Notes under the pieces: generated by a model
Told to the model about the DNA's origin: nothing
Seen by the model: only the letters and a program-made list of their open reading frames with translations
Databases searched by the model: none
Shown: positions 39,931 through 50,262 of the stretch, piece after piece
How positions within the stretch are numbered: the first letter of the stretch is position 1
Layout of the letters: the number at the start of each line of letters is the position of its first letter
Program-made: the position numbers and the translations under genes
Assembly (NCBI GenBank): GCA_038131165.1
Contig: JAYPOZ010000002.1
Location: forward strand, 52,755-116,754
Source: Rickettsiales bacterium
GTDB lineage: Bacteria; Pseudomonadota; Alphaproteobacteria; UBA8366
Length of the DNA stretch: 64,000 nucleotides
Direction of reading: 5' to 3'

Positions 39931-40434
39931 ATGCCGCTTTACGAAAGCGTGTTTATTGCACGCCAAGACATATCTGCCGGCCAAGTCGATACTTTGGCCG
40001 ACGATATGGAAAAACTCATCACAGATAGTGGAGGCAGCGTGGCCCGCCGCGAATATTGGGGCCTACGCACGCTTACTTACCGCATGAAGAAGAACCGAAA
40101 GGGTCACTTCGTCATGTTCAACCTTGATGCGCCTTCGGACGCCATTCAGGAAATGGAACGCAATCTGCGTCTTCACGAAGATGTCCTGCGGTACATGACC
40201 ATTCGTCTCGAAGAATTGCGGAGCGAGCCGTCGCCTATGGTGCATGGCAAAGGCGACCGCGACAGGGCCGACCGGCGTGGGCCGGACGATGCGTCCGCAC
40301 AGAATGGCGACAACGATGATTCCGACGACGGCGAAAACGCTGCAGCGGCAGCGACCGAGACGCCAGCGAGCAAGGAAGCCGTTGTGGAAGCGCCTGCCGA
40401 GCAGGCGACCGAAGAAGAGGAGAACAAAGAATGA
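39931..40434 (+). CDS. rpsF: 30S ribosomal protein S6 with long acidic C-terminal tail
   Basis: AAGGAG 7 nt before ATG 39931. [13 protein letters not shown]. Confidence 0.95.
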   Translation: MPLYESVFIARQDISAGQVDTLADDMEKLITDSGGSVARREYWGLRTLTYRMKKNRKGHFVMFNLDAPSDAIQEMERNLRLHEDVLRYMTIRLEELRSEPSPMVHGKGDRDRADRRGPDDASAQNGDNDDSDDGENAAAAATETPASKEAVVEAPAEQATEEEENKE

Positions 40435-40685
40435 GCGAAGGACGTGGTGGCGGCGGCGGCGGACGCCGGCCGTTTTTCCGTCGGCGCAAGAGCTGCCCTT
40501 TCACCGGGCCGAACGCGCCGGCCATAGATTATTGCGACACAAAACTTCTCTCCCGGTATATTTCGGAGCGGGGAAAGATCGTGCCAAGCCGCATCACCGC
40601 GGTATCGGCCAAGAAGCAGCGTGAACTGTCGCGTGCCATCAAACGGGCACGCTTCCTGGGTTTGCTGCCTTACGTGATCCAATAG
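40431..40685 (+). CDS. rpsR: 30S ribosomal protein S18
   Basis: [32 protein letters not shown]. Confidence 0.95.
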   Translation: MSEGRGGGGGGRRPFFRRRKSCPFTGPNAPAIDYCDTKLLSRYISERGKIVPSRITAVSAKKQRELSRAIKRARFLGLLPYVIQ

Positions 40686-40710
40686 GGATCGCAAGGCACG
40701 GCATACAGGA

Positions 40711-41658
40711 TTGAACCGGATGTTTACACCGAAACAATGGATGACCATCGTTGCAGGGGGTGCCTTGAGCGCCCTCCTGTGCGCCTTGGCGGCGCTCGGG
40801 TCCTTCGGCGGCATCCTGCTGGCCTATTTCTGCCAACTCCCGCTTTTCGTCGTGGGATTGAGCATGGGAACGGCGGCGGGAGCGATTGCCGGGGCGATTG
40901 CCGGAGCCGGCGTCCTCGCGATGGGCGGCGTCTTCGGCGTATTGGTGTTCATTCTGTTCAATGCGGCTCCGGTCGTCTTCTTGGTCCGCCAAGCGCTGCT
41001 GTTCCGCTCGGACGAGGCCGGCAATACCGAATGGTATCCACCCGGCCTTCTCGCTGCTTCCGCTACGTGTTGCGGATTGACCCTGCTGACGTTGGTTTTC
41101 GTCTGGCTGGGTCTGACGACCGAAGGAGTAGAAGCAAGCATCCGCGATTACATCGGACGCTTCGCCGAAGGAATGTTCCAAGACCTGCCATTGGACGACC
41201 GCCAAAAGGTGGTGGATGGCGTTGCCCCCATATTGCTCGGCACTGTCGGACTTTCGTGGCTGGTCATGCTCGTCATCAATGGCACGCTTGGCCAAGGATT
41301 GGCGACTCGGATGGGTTGGAATCTCCGGCCCAGCCCGGATTTCACCATGATGGCCTTACCACGTTGGCTGCCCATGGTCGCGGCGGCACTCCTTATTTTC
41401 GCCGTCGCCATACCGGGAACGCTGGGTTTCTTTGCGACCAATGCGGCGCTCATCGCGGCGCTGCCATTCTTTTTGGTAGGTCTCGCCGTGGTCCACATGG
41501 CCGCAAAACGCATTTCGGCCGGACCGATGCTGCTGATCCTGTTTTATATCTTGATGCTACTGTTCGGATGGCCCGTCGCGATTGTGGCCTTCCTCGGACT
41601 GATCGAACAAATGGCCGGTTTCCGCCAACGGTTGGCGCGGACTGGCGAGGAGAACTGA
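40711..41658 (+). CDS. polytopic membrane protein, DUF2232-like, inside the ribosomal protein operon
   Basis: 315 aa, multiple TM segments, between rpsR and rplI. DUF name from memory of alphaproteobacterial synteny. Confidence 0.55.
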   Translation: MNRMFTPKQWMTIVAGGALSALLCALAALGSFGGILLAYFCQLPLFVVGLSMGTAAGAIAGAIAGAGVLAMGGVFGVLVFILFNAAPVVFLVRQALLFRSDEAGNTEWYPPGLLAASATCCGLTLLTLVFVWLGLTTEGVEASIRDYIGRFAEGMFQDLPLDDRQKVVDGVAPILLGTVGLSWLVMLVINGTLGQGLATRMGWNLRPSPDFTMMALPRWLPMVAAALLIFAVAIPGTLGFFATNAALIAALPFFLVGLAVVHMAAKRISAGPMLLILFYILMLLFGWPVAIVAFLGLIEQMAGFRQRLARTGEEN

Positions 41659-41659
41659 G

Positions 41660-42319
41660 ATGGAAGTCATTTTACTTGAGCGCGTGGAGCGACTGGGCCA
41701 GATGGGCGATGTCGTGAAAGTTAAGCCGGGGTATGCGAGGAACTTCCTCCTCCCGCAGAAAAAAGCGATGCGGGCGACGAAGGCAAACCTCTCCCACTTC
41801 GAGGGCCAACGCCAACAACTCGAAGCCGACAACCTGCAACGCCGCGACGAAGCGCAATCGGTTGCAGACCGCTTGGACGGGCTGAAGGTGATCGTCATTC
41901 GCAGCGCGGGCGAATCGGGCCAGCTTTACGGCTCGGTCAATGGCCGCGACATTGCGGAAGCGGTCACGGAAGCCGGATTCACCGTCGAACGCCAGCAGGT
42001 CGTGGTCGAACGGCCGGTCAAGGCCCTCGGCTTCCACGAGTTCAAGATTCGGCTGCATCCCGAGGTCGAAGCCATCGTGACAGCAAACGTCGCGCGCAGC
42101 GTGGAAGAAGCGGAAACCCAAGACCGTCTCGGCCGCGCCGTTGTCGGCCATGACGAGGAAGAAGATCAACCGGCCGACGCTCCGGATGTGGCCGAACTGC
42201 TTGAGCCCGAAGCGCTGGAAGCGATGGAAGACGAAGCCGGCGAGGAAGAAGCCGTGCAGGACGATGCATCCCCCTCCGAGTCGGCAGACGACGAGAGCGA
42301 AGAGGCAAAATCCGAATAG
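41660..42319 (+). CDS. rplI: 50S ribosomal protein L9 with extended acidic C-terminus
   Basis: [36 protein letters not shown]. Confidence 0.95.
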   Translation: MEVILLERVERLGQMGDVVKVKPGYARNFLLPQKKAMRATKANLSHFEGQRQQLEADNLQRRDEAQSVADRLDGLKVIVIRSAGESGQLYGSVNGRDIAEAVTEAGFTVERQQVVVERPVKALGFHEFKIRLHPEVEAIVTANVARSVEEAETQDRLGRAVVGHDEEEDQPADAPDVAELLEPEALEAMEDEAGEEEAVQDDASPSESADDESEEAKSE

Positions 42320-42351
42320 CACTCGCTTCGGAAAGCTCGAAGAAAGATCAA

Positions 42352-42387
42352 CGGCGGTGCCTCGACTTGTGGCGCCGCCGTTTTTTT
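42352..42387 (+). terminator. rho-independent terminator after rplI
   Basis: 10-bp stem CGGCGGTGCC / GGCGCCGCCG (one G-U pair), 9-nt loop, then TTTTTTT. Confidence 0.85.
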
Positions 42388-42465
42388 CCTCCTATACCCG
42401 ATATCCCCGCAATCCACAGCCGGGTTTCGATATCATCCTCCGGCCTATGCGTGTAGGTTGGGGTT

Positions 42466-43998
42466 ATGGCCAATCAAGCAACCGAGTCCCCGTTTACCGC
42501 GATCGTAGGCGGCGCCACAGAACAAGCCAGTTATCGCTCGCCGCCTCACAATGTCGAGATCGAAGCCGCCCTGATCGGTGCGATCCTGACGAACAATCGG
42601 GCGCATGAAAAAGTAAGCGAGTTTCTGCGGCCGGAAAATTTCTACGAACCCGTGCTCGGGCGCATTTACGAGGCCGCGACGAAGCTCATCGAGCAAGGCC
42701 AGATCGCAAGCCCACCGACCCTCAAACATTATTTCGAGCGAGACCCCGCCTTGGCCGAAGTCGGTGGTGCGGAATACTTGTTCGACCTGGCCGCCAATGC
42801 GGTGATGATCGTGAATGCGGAAGATCTGGGCCGCTCCATTTACGACCTATACCTGAAGCGCGAGTTGATTAACGTCGGCGAAGACATCGTCAACGACGCG
42901 TACGAGCCCAATATCGACGTGAAGGCCAGCGAACAGATCGAATCGGCAGAGCAACGGCTCTACGACCTGGCATCGACGGGCGACACCGAACGCAGCTATT
43001 ACACGCTCTTCGACTCCGCAAAGCTGGCCCTTCAGGCGGCCGAAGAGGCTTTCAAACGGGAAAGTCACGTCGTTGGGGTCACCACCGGATTTCGCGAACT
43101 CGATACTATGCTCGGCGGATTGCACCGCTCAGACCTTCTGATTCTGGCGGGCCGCCCTTCGATGGGGAAGACCGCCCTGGCAACCAACCTCGCCTTTAAC
43201 GCAGCCCGCGCCTTCCGCGAAATCACTGACGAACACGGCCGCACGACCACGGAGGGCGGACATGTCTTGTTCTTCTCCCTGGAAATGTCGGCGGAACAGC
43301 TCGCCAACCGTATTTTGGCGGAGCAGGCCGAAGTCCCCTCCGACCGAATACGCCGCGGCGACATCAACACCGAGGAGTTCGAGCGGCTCGCCGCCGCCAG
43401 TCAAGCGCTCTACAGCCTGCCGCTTTACATCGACGATACGCCGGCACTGTCAGTCTCGGCACTGAGGACCCGGGCGCGTCGGCTCAAGAGTCAGCAAAAA
43501 CTTCACCTGATCGTAATCGACTACCTTCAGCTGATGCAGGCATCCGCCGGCAGCCGCCCCGACAATCGGGTGCAGGAAATCGCGGAGATCACGCGGGGAT
43601 TGAAGACCCTGGCAAAGGATTTGGACGTACCGGTCATCGCCCTGTCGCAGCTGAGCCGGCAGGTCGAGAACCGCGACAATAAGCGACCGCAGCTCTCGGA
43701 CCTTCGCGAATCGGGTACGATCGAGCAGGATTCCGATGTCGTGATGTTTATCTTCAGGGAGGAATACTACCTCCAGCGGGATCAGCCGGCGCGTCGGGAT
43801 ACGGAAGATGAATCCAAGTTCCAGGACCGCATGGAACTGCACAATACCCTGCTCAAGGAATCGCGGAATATCGCCGAGGTTATTATCGCGAAACAGCGAC
43901 ACGGTCCCGTTGGCACCGTCGAACTGCACTTCAATGGCGACCTGACGAAATTCTCGGACCTCGATCCATACCATCACGATCCGGATGCCAATTTCTGA
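42466..43998 (+). CDS. dnaB: replicative DNA helicase
   Basis: PPHNVEIEAALIGAIL, GRPSMGKTALATNLA, SQLSRQVE. Confidence 0.95.
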   Translation: MANQATESPFTAIVGGATEQASYRSPPHNVEIEAALIGAILTNNRAHEKVSEFLRPENFYEPVLGRIYEAATKLIEQGQIASPPTLKHYFERDPALAEVGGAEYLFDLAANAVMIVNAEDLGRSIYDLYLKRELINVGEDIVNDAYEPNIDVKASEQIESAEQRLYDLASTGDTERSYYTLFDSAKLALQAAEEAFKRESHVVGVTTGFRELDTMLGGLHRSDLLILAGRPSMGKTALATNLAFNAARAFREITDEHGRTTTEGGHVLFFSLEMSAEQLANRILAEQAEVPSDRIRRGDINTEEFERLAAASQALYSLPLYIDDTPALSVSALRTRARRLKSQQKLHLIVIDYLQLMQASAGSRPDNRVQEIAEITRGLKTLAKDLDVPVIALSQLSRQVENRDNKRPQLSDLRESGTIEQDSDVVMFIFREEYYLQRDQPARRDTEDESKFQDRMELHNTLLKESRNIAEVIIAKQRHGPVGTVELHFNGDLTKFSDLDPYHHDPDANF

Positions 43999-44020
43999 CC
44001 CCCCGCGGGGAGCCGATGCC

Positions 44021-45115
44021 ATGGCATCGCGCCCTGCCGTCTCGACACTGACGATCGATCTCGATGCGGTCGCGGAAAACTATCACACCCTTGCATCCCG
44101 AGCGGCGCCCGCGACCTGCGCCGCGGTGGTCAAGGCGGACGCCTATGGTCTCGGCATCGAAACCGTCGCGCGGCGTCTTTGGCGCGAGGAATGCCGCATT
44201 TTTTTCGTCGCCTCCTTGGATGAAGCGGTCGCCCTCCGCGCGTTTCTCGCCGAGGCGGAAATCGTCGCGTTGAACGGACTGATGCCGAGTGAAGCGGCTT
44301 TCTACCGGGCGCACCGTATCCTCCCCACATTGAACGATCTCTCCCAGATCGAAAACTGGCAAATCCACTGCCTCGAGACCGGGCCCCTGCCGGCGGCGGT
44401 GCATCTCGATACCGGCATGTCGCGCCTTGGATTGCCGCCCAACGAGCAACGCATCTTGCTTCAAGGGCCGGAGCGATTGGACGGCTTTGAGTGCCGCTAT
44501 TTATTGAGCCACTTGGCGTGCGCGGATTCGCCCGACCATCCGCTCAATATCCGGCAGCGCGACCTTTTCGCAGAATCCCGAGGCTGCCTGCCTGGCGTAA
44601 CGGCGTCGCTCGCGGCGTCGTCGGGAATTTTTCTCGGACCGGAATGGCATTTCGACATGGTGCGCGCGGGAGTCGCGCTTTATGGCGGCGCGCCAAATCC
44701 GACCGCCCCGAATCCTATGGCCACAACCGTGCGGCTCGATGCCGTGGTTCTGCAATTGCGCGACGTGGACAGCCCGGAATCCGTTGGATATGGTGCCACG
44801 CACCAGTTTCGGTCCAAGACGCGCGTCGCAACCATTGCAGCCGGTTATGCCGATGGCTATCTTCGAAGCTTGGGAGGCCACGGCGCGGCCTATTGGGGGG
44901 AAACCGCCCTGCCGTTGATCGGAAGGGTATCGATGGATTTGATCACGTTGGACGCAACAGCGGCTATCGGATTGAAGGTCGGCGACACGGTCGAGTTGAT
45001 CGGGCCGAACCGCGACATCAACGACCTCGCGCGGGATGCGGGTACCATCCCCTATGAAATGCTGACCTCTCTGGGCCGCCGCTACCGGCGGCGCTATCTC
45101 GGACAGGCTGGATGA
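44021..45115 (+). CDS. alr: alanine racemase
   Basis: AVVKADAYGLG PLP-Lys motif, GRVSMDL. Alternative start at 43985 would overlap dnaB. Confidence 0.9.
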   Translation: MASRPAVSTLTIDLDAVAENYHTLASRAAPATCAAVVKADAYGLGIETVARRLWREECRIFFVASLDEAVALRAFLAEAEIVALNGLMPSEAAFYRAHRILPTLNDLSQIENWQIHCLETGPLPAAVHLDTGMSRLGLPPNEQRILLQGPERLDGFECRYLLSHLACADSPDHPLNIRQRDLFAESRGCLPGVTASLAASSGIFLGPEWHFDMVRAGVALYGGAPNPTAPNPMATTVRLDAVVLQLRDVDSPESVGYGATHQFRSKTRVATIAAGYADGYLRSLGGHGAAYWGETALPLIGRVSMDLITLDATAAIGLKVGDTVELIGPNRDINDLARDAGTIPYEMLTSLGRRYRRRYLGQAG

Positions 45116-45915
45116 GCGAGAAGGGCCTCCGCATTAATCCGTTGCGCCCCATCGGTGCCGCGACTCTGGGATTGCTCGCCACGATCGGGCAGCTTGCCCT
45201 GTTCATGCTGAACGCCGTCTCGCATTTCGTCAGACCGCCGATCTATTTCCGCCTGATCGGGCGGCAAATGGTTGACGTTGGATATTACTCCCTGCCGGTG
45301 GTGGGTCTGACGACCCTGTTTTCCGGCATGGTGATCGCCTTGCAAAGCTACACCGGAGCCACGCGCGTCACGGCGGAAGCGGCGCTGGAGAACGTCACCG
45401 CCGTCGTCGTCCTGGCGATCACGCGCGAGCTGGCGCCGGTGCTGGCCGGCCTGATGGTCGCCGGGCGAATCGGCGCCGCTATGGCCGCGGAAATCGGCAC
45501 CATGCGCGTCACCGAACAAATCGACGCCCTGACGACTCTTTCCACCAATCCGATCAAGTATCTCGTTGTCCCCCGGATCATCGCCGGATTGACCATGTTG
45601 CCCCTGCTGGTTCTCGTGGGCGACGTCATCGGCATCTTCGGCGGCTATGTGATCGGCGTCTTCAAGCTCGACTTCAACGCTGCGGTGTACATCCAGAAGA
45701 CCTATGATTTCATCGAGTTTGTCGATGTCTTCTCCGGCTTGGTGAAAGCCGCCGTCTTCGGCTTCATCGTCACGCTGCTCGGCTGCTACATGGGGTACTA
45801 CTCCAGCGGCGGCGCGCAAGGCGTCGGCGCGGCGACAACCAATGCCGTCGTGGGGGCCGCGATCCTGATCCTGATTCTGAATTACCTTATCAGCCAAATG
45901 TTCTTCGGCGCATGA
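45112..45915 (+). CDS. mlaE: MlaE-family ABC transporter permease
   Basis: 267 aa. LPVVGLTTLFSGMVIALQ, RIGAAMAAEIGTMRVTEQIDAL. ATGA overlap with alr. Confidence 0.85.
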   Translation: MSEKGLRINPLRPIGAATLGLLATIGQLALFMLNAVSHFVRPPIYFRLIGRQMVDVGYYSLPVVGLTTLFSGMVIALQSYTGATRVTAEAALENVTAVVVLAITRELAPVLAGLMVAGRIGAAMAAEIGTMRVTEQIDALTTLSTNPIKYLVVPRIIAGLTMLPLLVLVGDVIGIFGGYVIGVFKLDFNAAVYIQKTYDFIEFVDVFSGLVKAAVFGFIVTLLGCYMGYYSSGGAQGVGAATTNAVVGAAILILILNYLISQMFFGA

Positions 45916-46691
45916 CCGACGCCCCTCCGAAAATTCGCCTCAGGAATCTCCATAAGCGATTCGGCGACAATGTGGTGCTGAACGGGTTCAATCTTGACGT
46001 GGCGGAAGGCGAATCGGTCGTGATCATGGGCGGATCCGGAAGCGGTAAATCGGTCTCCTTGAAATGTCTGCTTGGGTTACTGAGCCCGGACGACGGCGAG
46101 ATCGAGGTCGACGGGCAGTCCATCCTCGGCATCTCGGAAGACGCCCGCGACGACATCAACCGCAAATTCGGCATGCTGTTCCAGCACGCGGCACTGTTCG
46201 ACAGCATGACCGTGCTGGAGAACGTCACCTTCGGGTTGATCCGCGGCAAGGACATGACGTCCGAAGCCGCAGCGGAGATCGCATTCGAAAAGCTCGAGCA
46301 GGTGGGCCTCGACCGGAGCTTCGGACCGCGCATGCCGGCCGAACTCTCGGGCGGCCAGCGCAAACGAGTTGGCTTGGCCCGGGCAGTCGCAATGGAGCCC
46401 GAAATCATCCTCTTCGACGAGCCGACGACCGGCCTCGATCCCATCATGGGCGATACCATCAACGAGTTGATCGTCGAATGTACGCGCAACCTGGGCGCCA
46501 CGACGCTCACCATCACCCACGACATGGCCAGCGCGCGGGTGATCGCCGACCGCATCGCGATGCTGTATCAAGGCAAGATCATCTGGGTCGGACCGGCCGA
46601 AGAGATCGACGCATCCGGCGACCCGCGCGTCGATCAGTTCATCCATGGGCGCGTGGACGGCCCGATCAAGATGGAAGTGCGGCGTCTATGA
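45912..46691 (+). CDS. mlaF: MlaF-family ABC transporter ATP-binding protein
   Basis: GGSGSGKSV, LSGGQRKRVGLARA, ILFDEPT. ATGA overlap with mlaE. Confidence 0.85.
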   Translation: MTDAPPKIRLRNLHKRFGDNVVLNGFNLDVAEGESVVIMGGSGSGKSVSLKCLLGLLSPDDGEIEVDGQSILGISEDARDDINRKFGMLFQHAALFDSMTVLENVTFGLIRGKDMTSEAAAEIAFEKLEQVGLDRSFGPRMPAELSGGQRKRVGLARAVAMEPEIILFDEPTTGLDPIMGDTINELIVECTRNLGATTLTITHDMASARVIADRIAMLYQGKIIWVGPAEEIDASGDPRVDQFIHGRVDGPIKMEVRRL

Positions 46692-46730
46692 AGACCCGTC
46701 GCAATCGGCTCGCGCGGGAGCATTGCTAGA

Positions 46731-48134
46731 GTGGCGAAAGCGAAATCCTCCTTCACCTGTCAGGCCTGCGGCGCCGTGCACCCCCGCTGGATGGGGCGCT
46801 GCGACGCCTGCGGCGAATGGAATGCCGTGGTCGAGGAAGCCGGCGGCGGTGCTCCCATCGGGGGCCGCGCCTCGGGCGGCACCGGTCGGGGCCGGAAGAT
46901 CGAGATGACCGACCTCGCGCATGTCGGCGAACCGCAGCCCCGGCGGCGGACCGGCATCGACGAATTCGACCGCGTGACGGGCGGCGGGCTCGTCCGCGGC
47001 TCCGCCATTCTCGTTGGCGGCGACCCGGGAATCGGCAAATCAACGCTGCTGCTGCAGGTCACCGCCGGCTTGGCGAAATCCGTACGCTGCGCCTATATCA
47101 CCGGCGAGGAAGCGGTCGACCAGATACAGATGCGGGCCCGGCGGCTCGATGTCGATCGGGCCCCGGTCTCCGTGGCGGCGGCCACGAACGTGGCGGACAT
47201 CCTGGCGACGCTCGATGTGCCGGACGGACCGGAATTGGTCGTCATCGATTCCATTCAGACCATGTATATCGACGCCTTGGACTCCGCCCCCGGCACCGTC
47301 GCGCAGGTGCGGGCCTCCGCGCAGGAATTGATCCGCTTGGCGAAGAAGCGGGGATTTATCCTGCTCCTTGTCGGCCACGTCACCAAGGAAGGCACCATCG
47401 CCGGGCCCCGCGTGCTGGAGCACATGGTCGACACGGTACTGTATTTCGAAGGCGAACGCGGGCATCAGTTCCGCATTCTGCGCGCGGTCAAGAATCGCTA
47501 CGGCGCCACCGACGAGATCGGGGTCTTCGAAATGACGGACCGCGGCTTGTCGGAAGTCGAGAATCCGTCGGCCCTGTTCCTTGCCGACCGTCAAGGCGAA
47601 GTGGCCGGATCCGTCGTCTTCGCGGGCATGGAAGGCACCCGGCCCGTTCTCGTTGAAATCCAGGCACTGGTTGCCCCGTCGCCATTGGCGACCCCGCGCC
47701 GCGCCGTCGTCGGATGGGATTCGGGACGTCTGGCGATGGTGCTCGCCGTGCTCGAATCGCGCTGCGGGTTGAGTTTTTCCGGCGGCGAGGTCTATCTCAA
47801 TGTCGCGGGCGGCCTGCGGGTCGGCGAGCCGGCGGCGGACCTTGCGGTCGCGGCCGCGCTGACATCGTCGCTGACCGGCGTCCCGCTGCCGGCGGACATG
47901 GTCGTCTTCGGCGAAATCAGCCTGTCCGGCGAAGTCCGTTCGGTGGGACAGACCGACCCGCGCGTCAAGGAGGCCGCGAAACTCGGTTTCCGCTCGGCGA
48001 TGCTGCCGCGTATCCGGAACAAGACCAATCAATCGAAGGCCGATCTCGTCTTTCAGGAAGTCGCGGAGCTACAAGATATGGTAGGTTTCTTCGAGCGCGG
48101 CGGCGACGGCACCGTCAGAGCGGCGAGCGGATAG
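46731..48134 (+). CDS. radA: DNA repair protein RadA
   Basis: Zinc finger CQACGAVHPRWMGRCDACGEWN, GDPGIGKSTLLLQ, AVKNRYGATDE, Lon-like C-domain. Confidence 0.95.
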   Translation: MAKAKSSFTCQACGAVHPRWMGRCDACGEWNAVVEEAGGGAPIGGRASGGTGRGRKIEMTDLAHVGEPQPRRRTGIDEFDRVTGGGLVRGSAILVGGDPGIGKSTLLLQVTAGLAKSVRCAYITGEEAVDQIQMRARRLDVDRAPVSVAAATNVADILATLDVPDGPELVVIDSIQTMYIDALDSAPGTVAQVRASAQELIRLAKKRGFILLLVGHVTKEGTIAGPRVLEHMVDTVLYFEGERGHQFRILRAVKNRYGATDEIGVFEMTDRGLSEVENPSALFLADRQGEVAGSVVFAGMEGTRPVLVEIQALVAPSPLATPRRAVVGWDSGRLAMVLAVLESRCGLSFSGGEVYLNVAGGLRVGEPAADLAVAAALTSSLTGVPLPADMVVFGEISLSGEVRSVGQTDPRVKEAAKLGFRSAMLPRIRNKTNQSKADLVFQEVAELQDMVGFFERGGDGTVRAASG

Positions 48135-48135
48135 A

Positions 48136-48807
48136 ATGGACGCAATCGGCATTACTTTCGGCGATCTCGCAATCCTTGCGGTCCTGGTTATCGCGGGCCT
48201 GATGGGCCTGACCCTCGGCCTCGTCAAGGCGGTGCTGTTTGTCGGCAGCTGGATCGGCGCCGCCCTGATCGCGCTCTATGCGTTCGAGCATGTGAAGCAT
48301 TATTTCTACGATTTCATCGCAAACCCCCTGTATGCGGACATCACGGCGGCCGCGTCGGTCTTTATCGGCAGCCTGATCATCCTGTTCTGGATTTGCTCGC
48401 GGATTTGGTCGGCGGTCCGCAACAGCGAATTCAGCGGGTTGGACCGCTCTCTTGGCCTGCTCGGCGGCCTGATCGTCGGCGTCCTGCTGGTCTGCATCGC
48501 CTATCTCGGCGCCACGTGGATGTGGAGCGAGAAGGACCTGCCGCGCCTCATTGCGGAGGCCCGCGCCAGACCCTACGTCGAGGCGGGCGCCAACGTCATC
48601 CGGACCTTCCTGCCCCGTGCCGCCCAGGAAGAAGCCAAATCGACCGTCGGCAATACGCAGAAACGCCTTCAGGACGCGCTGGAGACCGAGCGCGCCATGC
48701 GCAAACTACTCGGGCAGGAGAGCGGCCAATCGCCGCCCACCGAACAAAAGGGCTACGCCGCGCCGTCCCGGCGTGATATGGATCGACTCTTCGAAAGCAA
48801 GCAGTAA
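48136..48807 (+). CDS. cvpA: CvpA family membrane protein
   Basis: N-terminal four-TM pattern. Conserved radA-cvpA-purF order. Confidence 0.85.
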   Translation: MDAIGITFGDLAILAVLVIAGLMGLTLGLVKAVLFVGSWIGAALIALYAFEHVKHYFYDFIANPLYADITAAASVFIGSLIILFWICSRIWSAVRNSEFSGLDRSLGLLGGLIVGVLLVCIAYLGATWMWSEKDLPRLIAEARARPYVEAGANVIRTFLPRAAQEEAKSTVGNTQKRLQDALETERAMRKLLGQESGQSPPTEQKGYAAPSRRDMDRLFESKQ

Positions 48808-48810
48808 CTC

Positions 48811-50262
48811 ATGGCCACCACCAATCCCTTCGACGACGACCACCTGCACGAAGAATGTGCGATCTTCGGCATTTACGGCGCCCTCGACGCGGCCGCCCAT
48901 ACGGCGCTCGGCCTCCATGCCCTGCAACACCGCGGCCAGGAAGCCGCCGGGATCGTCGCCGCCGGCAACGGTCAGTTCCACGCGCACCGCGAACTCGGCC
49001 TGGTCGGCGACATCTTCGGCGAGGAACGGGTCATCAAGCAGCTCGAAGGCAGCATGGCGATCGGTCATACGCGCTATTCCACGACCGGAAAGCCCAACCT
49101 GCGGAACGTGCAGCCGCTGTTCGCGGACCTCGAGTTCGGCGGCTTCGCCATCGCCCATAACGGCAATCTGACCAATGCGGTCGGCATCCGCCACGAACTG
49201 GTCTGCCGCGGCTGCATCTTCCAATCGACGACGGACACCGAGATCATCGTCCACTTGATGGCGACCAGCAGCGGCACGGTCGTCGACCGGCTCGTCGACG
49301 CCTTGCGGCGGGTGGAAGGGGCCTACTCCCTCGTGGCGCTCGCCAAGGAATGCGTCATCGGCGTGCGCGATCCCCACGGCGTGCGCCCGCTGGTGCTCGG
49401 GCGGCTCGGCGAGGCCTATATTCTTGCCTCCGAAAGTTGCGCCTTCGACATCATCGGCGCCGAATACGTGCGCGATATCGAGCCCGGCGAACTGGTGGTC
49501 CTCGACCGCGACGGCGTGCACAGCCACAAACCGTTCCCGCCCGTGCCGCAGCGCTTCTGCATCTTCGAGTATATTTACTTCTCGCGCCCCGACAGCGTGA
49601 TCGAAGGCCTGTCGGTCTACGAGACGCGCAAGCGGATCGGCGCGGAGCTGGCGCGCGAAGTCCCCATCGACGTCGACCTGGTCGTCCCCGTCCCCGATTC
49701 GGGCGTCCCCTCGGCCATCGGCTATGCTCACGAAGCGGGCATTCCCTACGAGATGGGCATCATCCGAAACCACTACGTCGGCCGCACCTTTATCGAACCG
49801 CTCTCGGAAATTCGCCACTTGGGCGTCAAGCTCAAGCACAACGCCAACCGCGCCCATATCGAGGGCAAGCGGGTCGTCCTGGTCGACGATTCCATCGTCC
49901 GCGGCACGACCTCCTCCAAGATCGTCGAGATGGTCCGTAATGCGGGCGCCAAAGAAGTCCACATGCGGATTTCGAGTCCGCCGACGAGACATTCCTGCTT
50001 CTACGGCGTCGATACGCCGGAGGAAGACCAATTGATGGCCTCGCGGCTCGACATCGAAGGCATGCGCCGGGAGATCGGCTGCGACAGCCTTGCCTTCATT
50101 TCCATGGACGGCCTCTACCGCGCCATGGGGGCGCCCGGCCGCGACCCCGAAGCGCCGGCCTATTGCGATGCCTGTTTCTCCGGCGACTATCCGATCCGTC
50201 TGACGGATATGGACGACGGGGCGACGGGGCGGCAACTCTCTCTCCTCGCCGAAATCGCCTGA
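48811..50262 (+). CDS. purF: amidophosphoribosyltransferase
   Basis: Propeptide then ECAIFGIYG (Ntn Cys). VDDSIVRGTT PRPP motif. C-terminal Cys cluster. Confidence 0.95.
   Translation: MATTNPFDDDHLHEECAIFGIYGALDAAAHTALGLHALQHRGQEAAGIVAAGNGQFHAHRELGLVGDIFGEERVIKQLEGSMAIGHTRYSTTGKPNLRNVQPLFADLEFGGFAIAHNGNLTNAVGIRHELVCRGCIFQSTTDTEIIVHLMATSSGTVVDRLVDALRRVEGAYSLVALAKECVIGVRDPHGVRPLVLGRLGEAYILASESCAFDIIGAEYVRDIEPGELVVLDRDGVHSHKPFPPVPQRFCIFEYIYFSRPDSVIEGLSVYETRKRIGAELAREVPIDVDLVVPVPDSGVPSAIGYAHEAGIPYEMGIIRNHYVGRTFIEPLSEIRHLGVKLKHNANRAHIEGKRVVLVDDSIVRGTTSSKIVEMVRNAGAKEVHMRISSPPTRHSCFYGVDTPEEDQLMASRLDIEGMRREIGCDSLAFISMDGLYRAMGAPGRDPEAPAYCDACFSGDYPIRLTDMDDGATGRQLSLLAEIA

Noticed and set aside
40737-41717. 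326-aa alternative plus-strand frame over the DUF2232-like gene. Also minus-strand ORFs 40639..41295 and 41672..42322 over rplI.
   Set aside because: These are Arg/Pro-rich translations. The chosen frames give a coherent multi-TM protein and an unmistakable L9.
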